Positions 57,197 to 64,000 of a stretch of DNA of 64,000 bases are shown piece after piece (position 1 is the stretch's first letter; each line of letters opens with the position of its first letter). The position numbers and the translations under genes were made by a program. The notes beneath the pieces were generated by a model, which saw only the letters and a list, made by a program, of their open reading frames with translations, was not told where the DNA came from and did not search any database. The DNA comes from Antedon mediterranea. Its lineage: Eukaryota; Animalia; Echinodermata. Location: NCBI RefSeq assembly GCF_964355755.1, contig NC_092680.1:12719045-12783044 (forward strand), in the 5' to 3' direction.

Positions 57197-57810
57197 TTTC
57201 TGTGAGCTGTAGTTTGTATAGTTTGTTAGTTTCTGTTAGTTGTAGTTTGTATAGTTTGTTAGTTTCTGTGAGTTGTAGTTTGTTAGTTTGTTAGTTTCTG
57301 TGAGTTGTAGTTTGTATAGTTTGTTAGTTTCTGTGAGTTGTAGTTTGTATAGTTTGTTAGTTTCTGTGAGTTGTAGTTTGTATAGTTTGTTAGTTTCTGT
57401 GAGTTGTAGTTTGTTAGTTTGTTAGTTTCTGTGAGTTTTAATTTGTATAGTTTGTTAGTTTCTGTGAGTTGTAGTTTGTATAGTTTGTTAGTTTCTGTGA
57501 GTTGTAGTTTGTTAGTTTGTTAGTTTCTGTGAGTTGTAGTTTGTATAGTTTGTTAGTTTCTGTGAGTTGTAGTTTGTATAGTTTGTTAGTTCCTGTGAGT
57601 TGTAGTTTGTATAGTTTGTTAGTTCCTGTGAGTTGTAGTTTGTTAGTTTCTGTGAGTTGTAGTTTGTGTTAGTTTGTTAGTTCCTGTGAGTTGTAGTTTG
57701 TTAGTTTCTGTTAGTTGTTATTTGTTAGTTTCTGTGAGTTAGTTTCTGTGAGTTGTAGTTAGTTAGTTTCCGTGAGTTGTACTTTGTTAGTTTCTGTGAG
57801 TTGTTTGTTT
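57197..57810. repeat. Minisatellite, 33-bp unit TTTCTGTGAGTTGTAGTTTGTATAGTTTGTTAG with 32- and 24-bp variants
   Basis: About 20 tandem units read directly, decaying to the right. Confidence 0.97.
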
Positions 57811-60022
57811 CCACTATTCCAATTAGACTCTATTAATTAGATGATATTACGTAGTTGTAGTTACATCTGCGTAACGTTACCGTATCCGTAAAAAAAACGC
57901 CTTTGTTTAAAAACAAAATTCATAGCAGTTTGTTGGCCTAGTTATTTGTAAAATGAATTCATTTTCACACAAAAGGCGTATCTTTCAGAAAATATCAACA
58001 TTCAAAATATCTTACACTAAAGTACTAAAAAAGGCATACATTCCTGACTCAAATTATTGTAATACAGTATTATGAATTTACAAGAGAAACAATCAATTTA
58101 TTTTTTTTTTAGTTTTCAATAATATTTATGTAAATCGTCTCAAATTAATTACAGTAATTGATTGTCAGCATCACCGGGGTTAGAATTCTGTGCCTGGTAC
58201 TATATCATTGCAATAGTTAGAGGTAATGGAACCAGAATTTAAAAGGTCATTGGTCTCTCACATATGAACTTGTCACATACGTCAACAACTAAGAAAGTTG
58301 GATTCCATAAAGAAACATATCACAAACCATTACATCTCAAATGATTATTTTAAAAATGAGTTTTGGCAGACTAAGTGACCACCTGGGGCGTCTTAAGCCT
58401 CTAACCAACACCACGATCATCTGCCGGTTTAAACACAGTTGTAGAAATATTTGTACTTTGGATAAATTTAATTAATTCTATTGGTTGCTTGGTGGTAACG
58501 TTGTGTTATTTTTACTGCGATAATACTTTCATGGATTATTATATTTAAGTGGGTTATTATGAATAATTATAATAATAGTAGGGTCTACAATCACCATAAT
58601 TTAATTTTAATATAACTTATTATTGCTTTTATATTGTTTTTACTGGTTGACTTGTACATCTAAGAGTTCAAACTTACTGTACATTTTGTGAAGAATAGAA
58701 AGAACAAATTAATACTTTTGAGAGAGTTAGAAATTCGCCAACCAAACAGATTCTCCATACCTTTTTAAACATAGATTTAAAACTATACCGGTGATGTTTA
58801 TTTTTGTAATTCATTATTTCAACTTTACTCCTTAATTGTTCGTAACCAAAAGAAAATACGGTACCGTATTAAAACAACCATAGTGTAGCTTTAAAGGCAA
58901 TTACCAACATTTGGAAATGGTATGTGCGTATTTTCGTGATTTGATGATACGAGTGTTGTATTTCGTTTTGTACAAGTAACTTGTCATTGCCGTCGCCTCG
59001 TTGTATAATCGGAACTTTTCGTAAGCTGCGGGCCATATTATGCTTGGAACACCTACGCGCTGACGCTAACTATCGTGACCGAACACCGTGTCACTATTTT
59101 GGACGATTGTTGAGGCACGCTCGATCTTTGTTGTCGCTTTGCTATGGGCTAACATCAGATTGTGTTTACAGTATTTCGTAGTCACTGTCAAACATTTATG
59201 TGAACCTTTGGAGATTTGATTTTATTAATTCTATCGTATAGAGGTAAATGTACGATACTGTATAAACACAAAAGAAATTAGCCCTAAAATTTGACTTTAC
59301 TAAAAGTATGTTGCTGACATGTTACACCATAAAATATATCAAATTCAAACTCTTCAACTGTTTGTATTGCACTATCTGTATGCAACAACACGCAGTCAAG
59401 TGTATTATTCGATACTCTACCAAATACCCGAAGATACAAATCTACATAATCACTCTAGAAACATGCACTATGAATGATTCAAAAGATTTTAAATTTTAAA
59501 AAGACAATTTTAACAGATTCAACAGCAGCGCTTGATTATTGAACAACAGTTCCCCCAGAATCGAACACAGATCAATAACCCAAAGGCGATTCGTATTAAG
59601 TTTAAAAACAACACATTGAATGAATAAAATATATATTTATTTATATATTATTTACATTTGTGTTAAAGCCAAATACCTAAATAAGATGAACTTATTTAAA
59701 ACGAAAAGAGCTGAACAACGCAGAGGAATTTGAGTTTGTGGTATTATTATATTGGGTGGAGAGAATGCTTCGCTTTTATTGGTGGAAAAAACACTCTGCA
59801 CTTAAGCTGATGTATTATAACAGATCTTCATTTTGTTACTTTTGCATTTGATTTTGAACATTTAATAAATACCAATTAGTAAAATAGAGGGGTAACCTTT
59901 TTAAGATGCTAAAAAATAAACAATAGATAAATAAAACAATTTATTAAGTACCGGGTTTGCAAAATAAAGATTTAGGCTAAAATCAGAAGCATAGTGTATA
60001 TAAATAGATGAAAATCAACTTA

Positions 60023-60111
60023 TTTTTAACACTAGATCTCACTATGTCGGTCGGTTGGTCAGTAAACACTAACTTGAGCACGCGACTGCAGCCATGTATA
60101 TGGCCTTGTTT
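60023..60111 (+). mobile_element. Minimal Helentron-associated element, 5' subTIR deleted
   Basis: ATCTCACTATGTCGGTCGG...AAACACTAACTTGAGCACGCGACTGCAGCCATGTATATGGCCTTGTT matches the reverse complement of 56304-56385. Confidence 0.85.
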
Positions 60112-61129
60112 AGGTAGGGCTATACCGCATTGCATACATTATTTTTACAGAAAATAGTACATGATGCATGCTTCTGCTCAGTGTACACACTCTATTGAAG
60201 ATTATAACATAAGATAACTATCCGATATATTTATGTTTAAACAGTTTGGTCCTATAGCTGCTGTTACACTCCTGAAGATCCATCTAGATAACTCTATTTG
60301 ATGACATAACATATTGAGAGAATTGTTAAACATTTTGTCGATTTCTGACCCATCAAACATGAATATAACCCATTGGCTTTATATTTTACTCTTAGCGATT
60401 GTTAATACACATTTAATCGAATGAAAATGTAGAATTAATCCATCTAAAAACCACTGAATTTAGGCATCTGTTTAAATATCTACTATACTTTATATACCTT
60501 AAAGCGATCATTTCAAAATAACGTAATAATAACCGCCAGCGAATTCAATACATTTCCTTTGCTGACAAGAAAATAAGATGTTTTGCTTGAATTATCATCG
60601 TTTTCAGTTTACACTAATTTCCAAACTAAAATTGATATTAATTATTCTACTGTGTTGTTAACCATTATTATGGATATTTAGTCCAGTAATTAACATTTAT
60701 AAAAATCACTTTAAAACTGTTGAAATACACGTTCCTTTTTCTAATATTGAATTTGCATTTCAGTTAAAATATTAGGCTTAGTGCAGGCTGGAAATTTGAA
60801 ATGTATTGTCACCCAAAACAAAAAAAGATATTTTTTTTAATTGCTAATGTTAGTTATAGTATGTATGTTACAGTTATAATTTTAACTGAATATTTGGATT
60901 TGGATATTGGACCTGCTGCATCAGGATTCCTGGGTTAAGACACTCTGTATTATGTTGCCTACAGCTTCTTAGAGTTAAGTGCTATCTATTTTAATACTGC
61001 CATTCCACAAGATCAATATTTGAAATTTATTAGTTAAAACAATTCATGAATATTTAATTTTGAAGTACGAGGATCGAGTTAGACGAGGTTATATACTTCT
61101 ATCTATTTTTAAACATAAATTGTATTCCC

Positions 61130-61240
61130 TTTAAGCAAGAAATTTGATATTCTGGAGCAAAGCTCTGGAACAAATTGCACCTGAATTCAGGTGTATTTTA
61201 TATATGAGTAATGAGTAGTTCAAGCATATGCTATAGACAT
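61130..61240 (+). mobile_element. Decayed CR1/L2-clade LINE ORF2 C-terminal fragment
   Basis: 61148-61177 translates to YSGAKLWNKL. Confidence 0.45.
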
Positions 61241-61295
61241 GCAATTAGTATCATAACAATATTATTCAGAAAACAAGAACATTTTACCATTTTAA

Positions 61296-61457
61296 TACAC
61301 TGTCTACACTAGCAAACTAGTTTGACAAAAAAAGTGTGATGTGCACAAATATGGTAGTGATATACCCAAATATGGTAGTGATATGACATCATCATGTCCA
61401 TAAATGGGCACATCACACTTTTTTTGTCAAAACTAGTTTGATAGTGTAAACAGAGCT
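61296..61457. mobile_element. MITE family A, extended-palindrome variant, TAA flanks
   Basis: CTGTCTACACTAGCAAACTAGTTTGACAAAAAAAGTGTGATGTGC...GCACATCACACTTTTTTTGTCAAAACTAGTTTGATAGTGTAAACAGAGCT-TAA. Confidence 0.88.
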
Positions 61458-62016
61458 TAAGTGTAAGAACAAAAAAATGCCTTTCATAATAGAATTACAG
61501 ACGTTACACAATGCTGCTAATACCAGTGGATATTTTATGTTCTGAAATCATGAATTATAATTATCAGAATGCTAAAAGTAAAAAATGGTATCAGTCGATT
61601 TTGATGACAATATCTGTCGTTCCGTTGATGGTGATATAATAATCAAAATTTGTCTTTGTTAACGAAATATAAAATTAAACATTAGAACCTGTGGTTTAGA
61701 TTGTCCATATGCTATGCATACTTTAATTAATATCTTGTATGATACCTTTTGGAGAATTGCTATTACTGGAATTAGCTGAAGCAACCGCGTAACGATGTGT
61801 TATTACAATTTAGACGAGATGACATTTCTATGTCAAAACTTAAGAAATTGAAATTCTGACAACTTCGTTGCTATTATCATTAGATGTAACTGAAATCATT
61901 GTGTTGACAGATGATTCAAAAGATTTATTCATCAATTTCAATTATTCTTATATTTCAAACCAAATATGCAGCACATTTCTTCGCTTCATTGTGTTCTATG
62001 TGTAGTTTGCCCTTAA

Positions 62017-62085
62017 AGCTTGGTTCCCACTAGATTACCTTACGCAGCAGAACGTATAGTGCAAGACGCACTCAGAACGCAAGTG
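62017..62085. mobile_element. MITE family B, one end only
   Basis: TAA-AGCTTGGTTCCCACTAGA...ACGCAGCAGAACGTA. Confidence 0.7.
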
Positions 62086-62287
62086 TAATTCCTCCTATTA
62101 AGTGAAAACAAAACTTTTTGTATAGGCCTTCCCATTCTCCGTGTACTTATAGTTTTCAAAAATTACTATAAACGCAATACCAAAAATCTATGAATTTGAA
62201 AACGGATACTACACTCACTCTTTCTCACCCTATTCTTGACTGTATCTAGACTTTTCCTCCTATCGTAGGAAATTTGGTAATTCAGCA

Positions 62288-62520
62288 TTTTTATTTTATT
62301 TTTTATTTTATTCATTTCGGCAATAAACATAAAATAATAATTTAAAAAAACATAGAAATATATATATATATATGAAATACAAGACACGAAGCCGAGGAGA
62401 GACAAAAGCATTAAACAAAACGCTGTCACCGGTAATGTGTGTCTCTCCAACACATGTTTCACATGTAGGCCTATCTAACCTTACATGATACAGGCACCAC
62501 ATGTTATACAAATGAGATGC
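62288..62520 (-). mobile_element. Probable non-LTR retrotransposon 3' UTR/tail
   Basis: Minus strand ends GCCGAAATGAATAAAATAAAAAATAAAATAAAA; stem GGAGAGACA/TGTCTCTCC; contains the 42-bp repeat also found at 41106. Confidence 0.4.
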
Positions 62521-64000
62521 CACCTGCATTAGAGTATCTTAACGATAACCTTTGAATCCAATGAAGGGTTTAATTTGACTACATGGCTCTGTTTTAAAAG
62601 CATTGGAACAAAAATACTTATTATCTTGCACAGAAGTTCCACTAATTACGTCACTTGTAAAAGGCTATCAATTTGTAATATAATGAGCCGCTAAATATAA
62701 TCGTATCAAACGCTCTAATACCTCGTCAAAGAACAACAATAATGCGGTGAGAATAGACACTATCACATGGTGTGAGAAAATATACGCTTGTTACCAAATA
62801 GAGTGTGATATTAGTTGTAAAACGATTTATTAAGATGTTAAAGGCTCAACATTTGACCAACTATCTAGCTCGAGGTAACAGATTACAGAACGGCTGTAAT
62901 TCTCTGTCGGATTTAACATTTCATAATACTATTACGATAATAGTGCAACAAGGCAGGTTTTCTTGCGTTTCTTCAGCCCTAGGCTAGGCCGTATACTCGA
63001 CTTTCCACGGATTTTAACGCTAGACTAGGCTGGGATGAAGCGTATAAACGAGTACAGATCATTTAGAAATAGCCAGAGCATTGAGGTGCTCTTCCTATGT
63101 TGGCTATCATATATAATTCAAGCAAATAATTATGGAATTCTGATCTTACAAATCGATGATCGTTACCGTGATAAATGTATATAATAATCTGTATTTGACT
63201 TAATGAACTTATTTAAATTAACAATTACAAATTAGTCCTATTTTTCCCACTTGTTCTATACTTTGTAATTCTAATCATTCTGAAATCTATCTTTACTGCC
63301 TTACTAAACACCGTGAGAGTAAACGTTCTTAAAATTCCCACTTCATCGATATCAATCGATAGAGAGAAGCCCTCTAACGATATCCATCGAATTTGGTCAT
63401 GTGCATACGGTACCAACTCATTGATTGGATTAATGATCTGAAATAATACAAAAACTGTGAACGGAACGGTCAAAGACCTATATCAGTAGTTTAAAGTAGT
63501 CTTGCTCTTCAACAACTGCACTTTAACTTTTACAATACGTCACAGCGCGTAAATCTTACAGAGTACTCGAGCGTTGACCTAGGTACGCTCAATTTGTAGC
63601 AGACAATCATGGATGTGCTATTTTTCCTATGAACGTTTTTAATCAGACGAAGAGTTAGAAATACGTTTAACAGGAAACAAAATAATATTACGGCTTTGAG
63701 AACGCCGCTATAAAATACTTGAAAGGTATTGAAGCTTGGGGCGAAATCAGTTGGTTAAAACAATTCAGAAACGTACGGAGTGCTAGATAATTACGCGATA
63801 CTCCCTCGCTCCATCAGCTCATGAATACATATTTTTAATTGTTTTCCTTCTAGCGGCAGAAATATTTCAAGAACAAGTCAATGCATTATTGTAATAAGAA
63901 AATTGAAATCAATAGATTTTTATTAAGTATTCTTTCCTTCCGGTTATAGGTTATATAGTAAGACTAGCATGCACTATCACAACTGGTTTATTTTGTACAA

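Noticed and set aside
57197-57810. CRISPR-like or telomeric array
   Set aside because: No unique spacers and no TTAGGG; it is a plain tandem repeat.

Overview
AT-rich (roughly 30% GC by eye) eukaryotic, metazoan-type DNA with no long ORF. The window reads as mostly non-coding sequence 5' of a minus-strand gene whose probable first exon (ATG-ATG-ATG-ATG|GTAAGTG) and promoter lie at about 1450-1990. The rest holds short non-autonomous mobile elements: two Harbinger/Tourist-like MITE families (7 and 5 copies), a Kolobok-like TTAA element, three Helentron/DINE-1-like elements, two tRNA-headed Deu/Nin-domain SINE copies and CR1/L2 tail remnants. There are also minisatellites, low-complexity tracts and CpG-richer islands. 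Two signals stand out. First, an intact cloverleaf tRNA-like gene with the atypical anticodon ATC sits between identical 72-bp direct repeats inside (TA)n tracts (10207-10992). Second, the palindrome TAGGCCTA is strongly over-represented (34 copies counted by eye), alongside TA-NNN-TA motifs resembling transposon excision footprints. Most ORFs in the supplied track look spurious. The repeat content fits a marine invertebrate such as an echinoderm, but that is inference.
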